Origin: Amoebophrya sp. A120
Taxonomy: Eukaryota; Protista; Dinoflagellata
Assembly (NCBI GenBank): GCA_905178155.1
Contig: CAJINV010000007.1
Coordinates: 1,774,331-1,838,330 of the forward strand
Direction: 5' to 3'
Length of the DNA: 64,000 bases
The first letter of the stretch is position 1. Each line of letters begins with the position of its first letter. Shown piece after piece: positions 1 through 11,093 of this stretch. The notes beneath the pieces are model-generated. The model worked only from the letters and a program-made list of their open reading frames with translations, was not told where the DNA came from and did no database searches. Made by a program: the position numbers and the translations under genes.

Positions 1-2
1 AG

Positions 3-2465
3 AGACGGGAGTACCGGGAAAAGCTCGCGGCGGACCGGGAGCAGCGGAAGCAGGAGGAGGTGGACCGGGAAAATGCGAGGTTGGAATCCGAGGCGTTGAA
101 GCGCGCGAAACTGCAGTGGTTGAACCGGCCGTGGCGGGGGGATGAGGAGGAAATCGCGGAATTCCGGGAGTGGTTCTTCTCGAAGTGGGGCGCGCTCGGT
201 CCGGGAGGGCTGGCCGAAGCGCCGCTGCAGTTGTTGCAGTACCGCTCGACGAAGGCGTTTCAATTTCTAGACCGAGAAGTCGCCGAGGTTTTGCCTGCGC
301 CGGGGTTTTTGGTGAAGAAGTTCACGGAGCTGCTCTGCATGAAGTTGAAGTACTGCCTGGAAATCCGTGCGGTGCAGCTATTCCAAGTTTTGGACCGCGG
401 TTCGGGCGGCACGGGGTTGATCCCCGTGGACGTGATTCTTGGCGAAGCGAGACCCAGTCCGCGGGAACCGGCGGGCCTGGCGGAGCTGCAGAAGTTCAAA
501 CGAACCTCCGCTCTGAACGCGGCCATCATCGAACTGTCGAAGCAAACGCCCCTGGTTTTGGAGCCGGGGGACGCGCCACCCGCGGAAAATCCCCCCGCGG
601 TTTGCTTCCGACCGGGCATCGAGCAGCCAGACGTGTTTTTCACGACCGCGTTTTGGGTCATTTCGAATTTCGCGCGCTTCATTTCGGAAAAGAAGGAGGA
701 CTTCATGACCGACAAATCTTCTTCAGGAGGAGGAGTCGCCGCCTTGAGGTCCGGAAAGAGGTTATCGCCATTTTTGGAAGATCCTAAAGCGTCCGCCGTT
801 GCGGGGAATTTGATGAGAAGAGACCGCCGGGAGATGAAGCAACGACGAGGTGGACGAGGACAAGCGTCTGCGAGGAACAGAAGCGCGGACCCGGACATCA
901 ACAAGGATGACTCGTCGCCGGTACAAGCGGCAGAGGGTGCGGCTGCCGCGGTGCCAGTGAGTCCAGAAGTAGCTCCTGGGGTGTCGTCAAAGAACAACGA
1001 AGATCGAGGTCCCTTCGCCAGCGACTCCTCCCCCGGATCTCCATCCTCTCCGGAGCAGGGACATTCAAAATCCCCGTTACAAACACAGCGGACAGCGAGG
1101 GCAGCTGCGTCGCCCAGACATGGAGCGACAAACTTCGTTCCCGAAGACCTTTCTTCTCTTTCCGAATATAGCGAGGAGGATGAGGAAAATGAAGCGCAAC
1201 AGCCCTCTTCTTCCACCAAGCAGAAAGAGATCACCCTGCGGTGCAAGGCTTTCACAGTGGACGACATCCTGGTCGAAATTGAAATGCGGGTCTCGAACCC
1301 GCGGAAGACGAACAAGCGGCACCTGTCCATGTTCCTGCGCGCGGCGAAGTCGGTCCACGTGCGGGTGGTTTTCTACGTGGAAAACACGATTGGTCTCCCG
1401 AAGGACTTGAAGTTCGAACGATCCAGTGACATTCTCGGGGAACGGAAGTTTCTGGATGACTATTGCGACGAGTATTCCGTGAAACTGAGCAACGACGAAC
1501 TGGACGCGTTGGCCGGGGAGCCGTTTGGAGAAGGTGCTGGAGGGGAACAAAATAAAGGAGCAGGCAATCTCCTTCCCGGCGCCGTTGAAGCTGCTGCTGC
1601 ACCAGCGGGACCAGGACCAACAGCAGCAGCAGCAGGACCTACCACAGCGAAATCTGATCTCGCAGTTGGTTTTGTCTTACTCCAAGATCTGAAAGCGAGA
1701 CCGGACCCAGTGTTGGTTTTCGACCATCCGCAAGATCGGTCGAAACAGGTTGTGAAGTGGCTTCCACAGTTGCGTTTAGAATTCCTCTTGCAGTACTACC
1801 CGCGGGGCGTCGGGATCAAATCGCCGCCCTTCAAAATCGGTCGGGACGGCCCCTTCATGCTGGAATTCTGGCCGCGCGGCTCGACGAACGCCACGAAAAC
1901 CGGGAATTGCAGCATCTGTCTTCACGCCCCGAGGTTAAAGAACGCAGTTTGCAACGTGCAGTTTTGGGCGTGTGAATTGGACTGTTTCGTGGAGGACAAC
2001 ACATTGTCGAAGGAGAAACTTCCCGGCGATGACTTACTGGCAGAAACCGCGGAACAGAAGGCGAAACTGACGCAACGGGACATGGCGCTTGACAGCTCCG
2101 GCGGTGGAAATGCGAACAACAAATCAGCGAGGAAGCGAATTCTGTCGAAAGACAAGGAATACCGCTTGGAATACACAGCAGCTGCTCCTTCTATCGGGTT
2201 AGGAGCCGGCAGCAGTTCATCCTCTGCCTACCGCCCCTCCGACCGGGTCGCGACGGTGTCTGGTGCGACGTCGAGAGCGGAAAATAAGTGTATGCTGGAC
2301 GAATTTTGCGCGACGACGGATGTCGCCTTGGAGGAGGACCAGCACGGCGGGAGGTCGGTGGTTCTGGGCTGCGTCTTCAAGCGGCTGGTGGTGGAAGCGC
2401 AGAAGGACAAGCTGAAATCCTTGGCGGCAGGCCTGGACGTGGGGTCGATTGCTTTCAACTTTTAG
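3..2465 (+). CDS. 5'-partial protein with low-complexity middle and C-terminal MATH/TRAF-like domain
   Basis: Frame is open from the window start (nt 3) to TAG at 2465. The C-terminal segment IKSPPFKIGRDGPFMLEFWPRG...GNCSICL resembles the MATH pattern S..F..G...W.L..YP.G...G.lSl.L. Confidence 0.7.
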   Translation, partial: RREYREKLAADREQRKQEEVDRENARLESEALKRAKLQWLNRPWRGDEEEIAEFREWFFSKWGALGPGGLAEAPLQLLQYRSTKAFQFLDREVAEVLPAPGFLVKKFTELLCMKLKYCLEIRAVQLFQVLDRGSGGTGLIPVDVILGEARPSPREPAGLAELQKFKRTSALNAAIIELSKQTPLVLEPGDAPPAENPPAVCFRPGIEQPDVFFTTAFWVISNFARFISEKKEDFMTDKSSSGGGVAALRSGKRLSPFLEDPKASAVAGNLMRRDRREMKQRRGGRGQASARNRSADPDINKDDSSPVQAAEGAAAAVPVSPEVAPGVSSKNNEDRGPFASDSSPGSPSSPEQGHSKSPLQTQRTARAAASPRHGATNFVPEDLSSLSEYSEEDEENEAQQPSSSTKQKEITLRCKAFTVDDILVEIEMRVSNPRKTNKRHLSMFLRAAKSVHVRVVFYVENTIGLPKDLKFERSSDILGERKFLDDYCDEYSVKLSNDELDALAGEPFGEGAGGEQNKGAGNLLPGAVEAAAAPAGPGPTAAAAGPTTAKSDLAVGFVLLQDLKARPDPVLVFDHPQDRSKQVVKWLPQLRLEFLLQYYPRGVGIKSPPFKIGRDGPFMLEFWPRGSTNATKTGNCSICLHAPRLKNAVCNVQFWACELDCFVEDNTLSKEKLPGDDLLAETAEQKAKLTQRDMALDSSGGGNANNKSARKRILSKDKEYRLEYTAAAPSIGLGAGSSSSSAYRPSDRVATVSGATSRAENKCMLDEFCATTDVALEEDQHGGRSVVLGCVFKRLVVEAQKDKLKSLAAGLDVGSIAFNF

Positions 2466-3308
2466 ATAGAAATAAATCATCCATCCGTATCCACCGCTAC
2501 GTTGGCGACTAGAAACGTTTCTTTCTCGTCATAGGACGAGGAGTTTTAAGTTTTGCTCATTAGCTCGAATGATTCATCTCAACATGATTTTGGCTACGAG
2601 TGCTTTGGCTTTTATACGTAGGCGAGAGACTTCTTTACATTCATCTGATTTTGCAAGCGCTGCGTTCTGCAGCTGCGCCAGCTTTCGATGAGAACCTCGC
2701 TTGAAGATTCGCTTTTCGATTTTAGCCTCCCGCTGCAGCCAATGCTGCTTCATTCGCTTGATGTTTTGCGTCGTCGACGAGAGATTCTGTATCATCGGAG
2801 TTGTGCTTGTTCATGGCTACCGGCAAGCCAGGATAAGGAATCGTCTAACTCCTGCGAGCAGTGGTAGACCATCGCCTCGGGTAACAGAGCAATCGTATTT
2901 CGTGGTACGACGGACCTTCGAAGAAATCATCGAAATCTTTGGCGCTTCGTAGTATCGGCTGCGAGCTGCAGCAGTGTGCCACGCTCGCTTGCAAGAAAGA
3001 GAGTAGAAGCACCCATCTCAATTTTTCCGGAATTTTCGAATTCAACCGGCACTGGCTGTCGTAGATTTGTTCTTCTTTTGTTTTTTCACTCCTGGAGAAG
3101 GAGGAGTAAAACAGTTTTAGCAGGAAGTACGAAGAGAGAGCGACGTCCTAATCGGTTTGTTTTGCTGCAGTGTTGGGCTGCAGCGAGAACTTGTTTCGGT
3201 TTTTCTTTTCGTCTAAACTTTTTGCATCGCGGCGCGAAAAATCTGCACCATCTGCCTCTGCGGTTGGTGCATTACAAAACTTGCTTCTTCATCACGACAA
3301 CGACTATC

Positions 3309-5989
3309 ATGACATCCTCGCCGCATCAGGATTGCAAAAAGGCGGTGAAGAGGATGTCTCAACATCCCGAGAACAAAGCTGGAAAACAAGATGAGGCAGC
3401 TGTTGATCCCAGTACGAAAAAGCAAAAAACTAATGAGGATGGTGCAGCGGGCACGGGAGCTCCTGGTGGCAATAAAGCCGGCGGGGCAAACGGGAGCAAG
3501 GTCCCGAACGCATCTCCAACGGCCTCTAACTCCTCCCACCGCTCGGGGTCGACCGGCCGAACCGGAAAGAATAACAAGGACGCAAAGACGGGTGGTGTCA
3601 ACGCGGCCGGGAATAAAGGTGGTGATAACTCAGCGCGGAACAACCAGAATACTGGTCCTGGTGGTGGAAAAGGAAAAGCGCCAGCGTTCGTCGCCGCTGG
3701 CCCAAATGGAAATGCAGCAAGAAGAAATCCGCTCCCGTCTCCGGAAGGTCCCCGCGGTAACAACAACAACAAGGGAAAGGGAAAAAACGGTGGAAGCAAA
3801 GGCGGTGCTGCCGGCAAAGCGGACGGAAACAACAACAAACCGGTGAACAATGGTGCTAGTGCAAATAATGCAGCTGCTAATGCCAACATTGCGTCGAGCG
3901 TCGTCTCCGCAAAATCGAAAGAAAATCCTGCCGCAGGAGCTGGTGTTAAAGCCAATGCTGGTGGCGCGAACAAGAATAAAGAAAATTTCCAGCCACCGCT
4001 GCGAGGGAAGGTGATCGAAGCGAAAGTAGACACGGGCTTGCACGCAAATCGCGGCCGATCAATGACTCGTGACAAGGAACCGAAGGCGGTGAACCGTGAC
4101 AAGGAACCGAAGCAGGCGGTGAACCGTGACAAGGAACCGAAGGGGAATAACAACAAAGGAGCGCCGATGAATCCACCTCCCACCGTGCAGCTTCCTTTGA
4201 AGCGAAACCGCAGTCCCAAGCGGGCTGCAGAACAACGGGGTAGTTTGCCGAGGCAGAATACAAAGGACAATTGCGGTGCCGGCGTGGCCAAGTTGAACAC
4301 CTCCTTCGAAAAGCAAGCGGCCGCGGTAGTAGCTGCTGCGAAAAACAAGGACGCTGGTGCAACTTCTGGCGAGCAAAACCCAGCTGCTTCCCTCCAGCAA
4401 GTCGGCAAAGCGCATGTGATCGCGAAAGGGGACAAAGCAAGCAGCAAGGAATCCCCCAAGCACGCGGCAAAAGCCGCGGGTTCCACCCTGCACATCCCTG
4501 CTCTGGCGAGTAACAAGAGACCGCGGGGGAACTCGTCCGCTTCCAACCCGGGATCCAGCCACAATTCGCCAGTCAACAGTCCGCGTGCAAGGTTAGCGAA
4601 GTCTCCAAGCAAAAACGCGCCGGACGGCATCGAGGATAATTTGGAGGGCGATGGTGGGAAAGCGGCAAAGCTCCGGAAATCGAGTATGAATATGGACCAG
4701 CTACCGGGAGCGAAAAGTCCCATCAACCGGGCGGCGCGGCAGTCGGATTTGTTAATCAACTTGGACATGCAAAATTTCGAGCTGCCGAAGCGGGATCAGG
4801 ACGATGAGCTGAACCCGAAATTCGGAATGCACACCTTGAAGGTATAAAGATTCTGAAGGATCATGCTGTTTCTTTCAGTTGCTCCTTGTCTCATTCTTGC
4901 ATGACAAACAGAATCGAGTGGTTGTTGCAGCTGGTGCGCTGCTGCAGCACATTGAAGTAAGCAAAGACGGCGTTCTACTATAATCACAGGGAAAGCGGGA
5001 GACCAACGAAGATGCTCACATCCACATCATGCGTTTTTCCGAGACCGGCTGGGAGAACGCCGGGCTCTACGCCACCAAGGAGAAGCCACTGCAGCTCTAC
5101 GGTTGCTTCGACGGGCACGGTGGACCGGAGTGCGCAAAGTGGATCGCGAACAAGCTGCCGGGGAAGCTGCGGGAGTACCTCGACTTGATGAACCAGAAAA
5201 AGACCAAGCTTGACCCGCCGGCGAAGGACGTGGACAAGGTAAAGTACGCGTTTTCGTTCACCTTCGAACAGTTGGACATCGAGTACATTTCGCAGCACAT
5301 GAAGTCGGAGGCGGGCTGCACCGCGGTGGTGTGCTTGCTGGACCAGGTCTCCCAGAACATCTTCTGCGCCAACGTCGGGGACAGCCGGGCGATCATCGGG
5401 CGCAGCAAGAACGCGTTGGCAATTTCGCGGGACCACGACCCGAAGGCGGAAGGGGAGAAGCAGAGGGTCCAGGCGGTCGGGACCGTGGATCCGGACGTAT
5501 TTTTTTTTGCGGAAATCGATGAAATGAAGGGTTTTGAGGGTCTGTTTTTTTGCATGATAGTCTTTGTCTGCATTGTATGAAAATAAAAATCACACTGACT
5601 TCTATCAGGGTTACGTGAATGACACGGTGAACATGACCCGGTGCTTGGGCGACCGCCAGGGCAAGTTCCGCGAGAACAAGGGCTACTTTTCCCGCAACTT
5701 TGCCCTTGCCACCAGCCCGGAGGTGTACATGCAGAAGATTACGGAGGTGCACCAGTTTGTCTTGCTGTGCTGCGACGGCATGTTTGAATCGCCGAAGATC
5801 TTCACCAGTGGGTCGCTGTGCTCCCGAGCGCGGGAGCTCCTGCTCGACGGGAAATCGGTGAAACAGGTCCCGAAGATACTGTGCTCGGAGGCGATTGCGA
5901 AGGGCAGTGAGGATAACTGCACGGTCATGATGGTCTTGTTCGATAACCCACAGCTGGACGAAATCGTGGAAGAAAACTCGAAAATTTAG
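3309..5989 (+). CDS. PP2C/PPM-family Ser/Thr phosphatase with ~500-aa disordered N-terminus
   Basis: Exons 3309-4841, 4990-5496 and 5609-5989, joined by GT-AG introns 4842-4989 and 5497-5608. Spliced motifs: GKRETNEDAH, GCFDGHGG, GCTAVV, ANVGDSR, DHDP, TRCLGD, LCCDGMFE, GSEDNCTV. Start codon uncertain (3309 or 3354). Confidence 0.92.
4068..4142 (+). repeat. Coding tandem repeat (RDKEPK(Q)AVN x3)
   Basis: cgtgacaaggaaccgaag occurs three times at 27-30 bp spacing. Confidence 0.9.
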
Positions 5990-7804
5990 ATTTTTTCTAC
6001 GCACAACTTCTGCAGCACTTTAACTGTTCTTAGTCACGTATTGTGCATGGTATGGAAATTCCAATTTGTAGCCGCCAGCTACTGTTTAGTAGAACTACTC
6101 TAAAGTAGCTACAGCTAGCACCACCCTTGAGCTCACAAACTGATTTACACTGATTATCCGAGTAGATGCGTCTTCTTGCAGAGCAGACTATCTGCAAGAA
6201 CAAATAAACAGAATCAAACCCGCCACTCCAGCAGCTATTGACTGCTGTATGTATGGAATTTAGCTTGCACATGCCTACCCACCTTGCTACTTTCTCAACA
6301 GGCCTAAAAGATGAAGGACTTCGATATGACTTTCATCTGTTTCTCTTCTACATTACCGAAAATCTGGAAGAAGAGTCGGAAGATGCCCGAGTATTATCCC
6401 TTCTGTTCCTTGTGCAGAATGAAGCGGCAACTTCCTCCAGTTCCGTGTTGCAGCAGGTGCTGGAACTTATTGGCCTCGTATTCCACCGCAAACTCTACTA
6501 CAATAAGCATGCGACCCGCTCTGGTCGTACCGTTCGAGTGCAACGTAAAAACACCATTGAGCTTCCACTTCTCCTTTATTACCCCCTCCATCTTCTACAT
6601 TAGATTTAGAACGCCGAGCAAGCCAGTTTGTTGGTGATGTCACTTTATTGTCAGAGGTGTCATTGTAAACCTGTCTACTAGCTGCTTCGCTCACTAAATG
6701 AGAACCATACTACCCCCCCTCTTCGCAGTAAAGTAGATCTTTAGCTGGACATGTCGTGTAGAACTCGACTACGCAACCCTGATATGAGGTAGCTGTAGTT
6801 TACTCTAGTACTCAATAGACTTCTATGCTCTTCGCGCTTTTGCTAGTTTCACTTGTAGAAGCTTTGCATGCTTACTGTCCGTACAAAGCGAGGGCACAGC
6901 TGCGTTTTCCTCTTTTCCGAATCCTTGCAGCTCATCTATTACTATTCTATCAATGCTCGTCGTAAAAGGTACGAGCCGTTGACCTCAACCCAACCTCCAG
7001 ATTCAAAGGAGGACCGGTACTATATTAGAATTTTTGTAAATTTCTTCGTATGAATGTAGTTCTTGCACTCGGCACTGCGCAACTGTTTTTGATGTAGCAC
7101 CTAAGCTACCTTTACATCAGTTGACAGAAGCAGATTTGGGGTACAATAAAGAATGAGAATCGGGATGCAGCAGAAACAGCTGAGTTGGTGTCGCAGAATC
7201 AAGGATGCGGATCAACATCAAATTTCCGCCAGCTCCAGCGCTTCCCGTTGCGACGCCTGTCTCGGAGAAGAGGACAAGTAGATGACTAGGTTCCCGCAGT
7301 CCTATACGATTTCTACCGTGAACGCGTTTTGTTTCGACGATGATTTATCGATCACTTTTCGGATCAGTCAAGCCAAGTTTTTTGGCATCGTAACTGGCGT
7401 TTTCGCTTGTGGTAGATGATCAGCGTTTCCTCGTCTCCCCTTGCTATGTGGCCGGAGCATTATACATCTGCACATCGGACGAGCGTCAAGCTAGAGGGAG
7501 ATTTCGTTGAGCGATCAAAAACGTAAACGTATAAAATATGTCAGCACGAAAATTGTTCTTCTACTTGTTCGACTTTGCTGCAGGTAGCGCCTGTGACCCC
7601 GGTTCTGGAGTCAGTGCGGCGTGTCTTCGTTTTACTTGTAGAAAACGGTTAATATCGCCACACCGTCGTGATTCATTTTCGCAAATAAGTCCAAAAAGAA
7701 AAAGATAAAGTCTTGTCATCGCAATTTGTATTTGATTTCTGGCAGAAGCTTCCGCCGCGTCGTGGCCAAGCAAAACTTTTCCAGTTTTCTTAGAAGCATC
7801 AATC

Positions 7805-9130
7805 ATGGTCTTTCGCCAGGAGCTCACGGTAGCTGCACAGGAGCAGGTGCTGCAAGCTTTTGAGAGCAGGCATCAATACGGGGGAGCAAGAAAGCCAATA
7901 AAGCTGCTCTTTCGCCCGTGCACATTGATACCTTCGGTCGGAGTTCTTCGTCTTGGACGAGCAAAAGAAATCAGCACCGCGTTCTTTAACGATGATCACC
8001 AATCGCCAGCGTGGAAAATCGCGAAAAAGACCGACGACCCGTCTGCCAGGTCTTCACGGCCTTGGCCTTCGGCGTCTTCCTCATCTTGTTCCAGTACAAG
8101 AGCGATTAGAAGTTTCAAAAGTAAAGCTCCTGCCAGCACATCCTTCGCAGATACAAACAGTAGCAATTTCGCCTCCAACACGACAGCAGACCTTGTCACC
8201 CAGTTCGAAGACGGCACTTTCTTCTCCGACCGGAAAGAAAAGGGCGCACCAAGGTTCACGGTCGAACAAACGGAGTTGAAAACCAAAGACGACGTGGATA
8301 AGAAATACGCCGAAGAGAAGGAAAAACTCGGCAGCACAGAGTCCGACAAACTCGACGACGCGTACAAGATGGCGTTTATCCCCTTCCCCGATAACAACAG
8401 CGGCGATAACGGGTTGGAACGACCGGAGTTGCTCGCGGAGCAGGAGCGGATTCTCGGTTCCGAAGACCCGGTGACGATTCTGTCCACGAAGAAAAACGAC
8501 CTGGAATCGGACGAAATCGGATTCCGGAATTTGGAGGAAACAGACCCGAACAAACAGCAGCACGCGGCCAGAAGTCTGTTTGAATTGAGGAAGCGGTGGA
8601 ATCCGGATTTTCTCCACGGGGATGACAGGGTGATCAAAAAGGTGGAAGCGTCGTACCGGGTGCTGTTCCCGAACGACGAGAATCCGGAGGAGCCGGAGCC
8701 GCTGTCGAAAGAGGAAAAGGACGACTTCCCGGAGATGGAGTGGGCGGACGCGCGGAACGTGCCGCGACGGGGGTTCGTGCCGCCGGAATTCATCGCGGAC
8801 TTGGAGAAAATCGGGAAAAACATCATGCGGGACGTGGAGTCTCTGCAGAAGGAGGCGAAGGAAGCGCTGGACCGGGCGCAGCAGTCCTTCGCGCACCACC
8901 GAGACCTGATGAAGCGGGGGTTAGGGGGTTACATGACGCCGACGGATTTCGACGACCCAAACGGGGTCACGTCCCCCTACGCGGTGCCGAAACGGTTTTT
9001 GCTCCAGGACAGCCCGCTGTTTCGGAAGCAGCTGGGGCCGGAGGGGGTGACCACGGGGGCGAAGGACAACGCGGCGGAGGGACAGTGGCAAAATTCGTTC
9101 CGGGCGAAAAGCTACATGGAGATGTTGTAG
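7805..9130 (+). CDS. Hypothetical protein, 441 aa, apparently single exon
   Basis: Long ORF with coding-like GC3 usage in its 3' two-thirds. No family recognised; start uncertain. Confidence 0.7.
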   Translation: MVFRQELTVAAQEQVLQAFESRHQYGGARKPIKLLFRPCTLIPSVGVLRLGRAKEISTAFFNDDHQSPAWKIAKKTDDPSARSSRPWPSASSSSCSSTRAIRSFKSKAPASTSFADTNSSNFASNTTADLVTQFEDGTFFSDRKEKGAPRFTVEQTELKTKDDVDKKYAEEKEKLGSTESDKLDDAYKMAFIPFPDNNSGDNGLERPELLAEQERILGSEDPVTILSTKKNDLESDEIGFRNLEETDPNKQQHAARSLFELRKRWNPDFLHGDDRVIKKVEASYRVLFPNDENPEEPEPLSKEEKDDFPEMEWADARNVPRRGFVPPEFIADLEKIGKNIMRDVESLQKEAKEALDRAQQSFAHHRDLMKRGLGGYMTPTDFDDPNGVTSPYAVPKRFLLQDSPLFRKQLGPEGVTTGAKDNAAEGQWQNSFRAKSYMEML

Positions 9131-9471
9131 TGACGCTCGTTCAAGATCGTGCCACAGTTTGTTCGAGCCAAGAAAGTCCTCGAGCGCGTGTGTTATTGAC
9201 CCTCAGATTCACTGATGATGTTGATGTTCAGCTACAGACGCACTTCTTCTCCTGTGCGGTTCACACCTCATACCCAGCAGCCATAAAAGGTCGTCTGTCA
9301 CCAGAAAACCAAAATTAAAGCTAATACTTAAATGAAGCGAAAGCTGTGACGAGCTACAACTTCTACTGGTTTTACCAGCGGTAAGTCTAAGTGAACATAT
9401 TCCAGACATCAACTGTGTTCTACTTCATAAGTTAAGCGAGTCACTGATGGAGATGGGCGACGTAGTTACTT

Positions 9472-10796
9472 TATGACCTCCGAGCGAGCGTGAGCGTGTT
9501 CCTGGAGCCGGGCCCGCGTTGGAGTGTGCTTGTGTGTGTTCTAATGTGTTTCAGTTCCACGCCGACGCCCTCCCTGGCCGGCCGAGGCGTGAGGCGGCCC
9601 ACGCGCCGCCGGCTCCCACTTTCAGGGTATGCCTTGGAGACTTGCCGCCGCCGAAGACCATTGCAACGGATGTCGATTGGCGCAGCGAAAGCGTTAGCAT
9701 TTGTCTCACTCCTGTCGTATACAGGACAAGCAGCTCGCTGATGCTTTCTCTAGCCTAGTAGTTGGGAAGCTAGTGGGCTCGTTTCCTCCGACAGCGGCGT
9801 CGCGTCAGGCGTTGGCCTTTGGCTTTGGAGGCCGGAGCGGAAGCGCTTGGCTGCCGCGGCGGATCATCACCGGGCCACTCTCTTGGTGCAGGGGCGCACA
9901 ACAGAGAAGGACAAGCACCAAGAGGACGCCCGCCGTTCGGTGCCGGAAGCAGTGCAGCCAGTGAGCCGGCGCGCGCCCGCTTTGCTTCGTTTTCGCGCAG
10001 CCAGCCCGGTCCCCCGGCCCTACTGCGCGCCGCATGTGGCGCCCCAGGGCCTGCCGAGCCGCCCGCGCGCGGGCGCGCTGCCTGGCCGCGGGTTTGCTTG
10101 GTTCCCCGCCATCCGGATGGGGCGCCCGCCCCCGTGCACCCCCGCAATGACTTGGGGGTCGCGCCCCTCTTGCCGCGCGCCCGCACGTGCCCGATCGGCC
10201 GCGGCCTTGATTCGGATAATTGCTTGGATTTGTGCATGAGGTTGTGGCCCCTTGGTATGGCAGCCCCCCACCCCCGGCGGGCTGGTAAATAATGTGGCCG
10301 GCCGCCGCCGGGCGCATGGGCGCGCGCGGCGGGGCTTGGGCGCGCGCCGTTATGGGCGCCTTCTATCTGTTTCATTTGCGCCCGTCCGCCGGTTGCAGCC
10401 GCCTGCCTGACAGGCTGCCGCGGGCGTGCTCCGCCCTGCGGCAGTGGCGTAGAAACAAATTGATCTGCTTGTGCCTGCCGCGCTCGGCTACTTGTTGAAT
10501 CAATTGAAGCGCCGCACCCATACATACTAGATACCCAGCCCACGCGGCCTAAGGGCCCCACTAATTTCCCGCGAGAATGTGCTATGTGTTCTCGAAGGAT
10601 GGTTCTTCCTTGGTCATCGCCCGGCGTTGAGGTCTTTGGTCTTCGGGTATCTCTATTTGTTTCCCCTGGCAACCGCAGTTTTCGCAAGAGAGCCCCCCGT
10701 GAGCAGCATCTTTGGGCTTTTTTATAAGTATAATTTTGTTTGCTAGTTTCATCTGCTCCTGCTGATGTTCCGCATCAGTCTTTGAGTTTGAACATA
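9472..10796. mobile_element. Candidate decayed large introner-like element with GC-rich interior
   Basis: Ends TATG...CATA, flanked by a perfect TACTT duplication (9467-9471 / 10797-10801). The inverted repeat is weak beyond 4 bp. Interior is GC-rich with no credible ORF. Confidence 0.45.
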
Positions 10797-11093
10797 TACT
10801 TGGTTGTCTCGTCGTGTCGTGTCTGCTGCCCTGTTCATCGATAAGCGGCAGAGCTGTTGATGATCATCGGCTTGCGCAGTACTTTATTTTCACGGCAGTG
10901 ACATTTTCCACAGTCACACCTAGAGTTAACAGATATCGCCGCACTTGGCGGGCGTGGTCGTGGCTGATGGATCGCGAGAGATGTGGGTTGTGCCGCGGGG
11001 GCAACAGCAACACCTGTAAGATAATGCACTTAGAAGTGTGTAAGTTGTCCGCGCAATGGACCATGTGATCAACCTGCAGCCCCCCCTTCTAAT

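Noticed and set aside
260-8899. Long minus-strand ORFs (260-1330, 3359-4768, 7996-8826, 8081-8899)
   Set aside because: Antisense shadows of + strand genes.
9490-10687. ORFs or rRNA-like sequence in the first GC island (ggatcatcac resembles the 18S 3' end)
   Set aside because: The match is only a few bases, with no flanking rRNA conservation; the ORFs are low-complexity.
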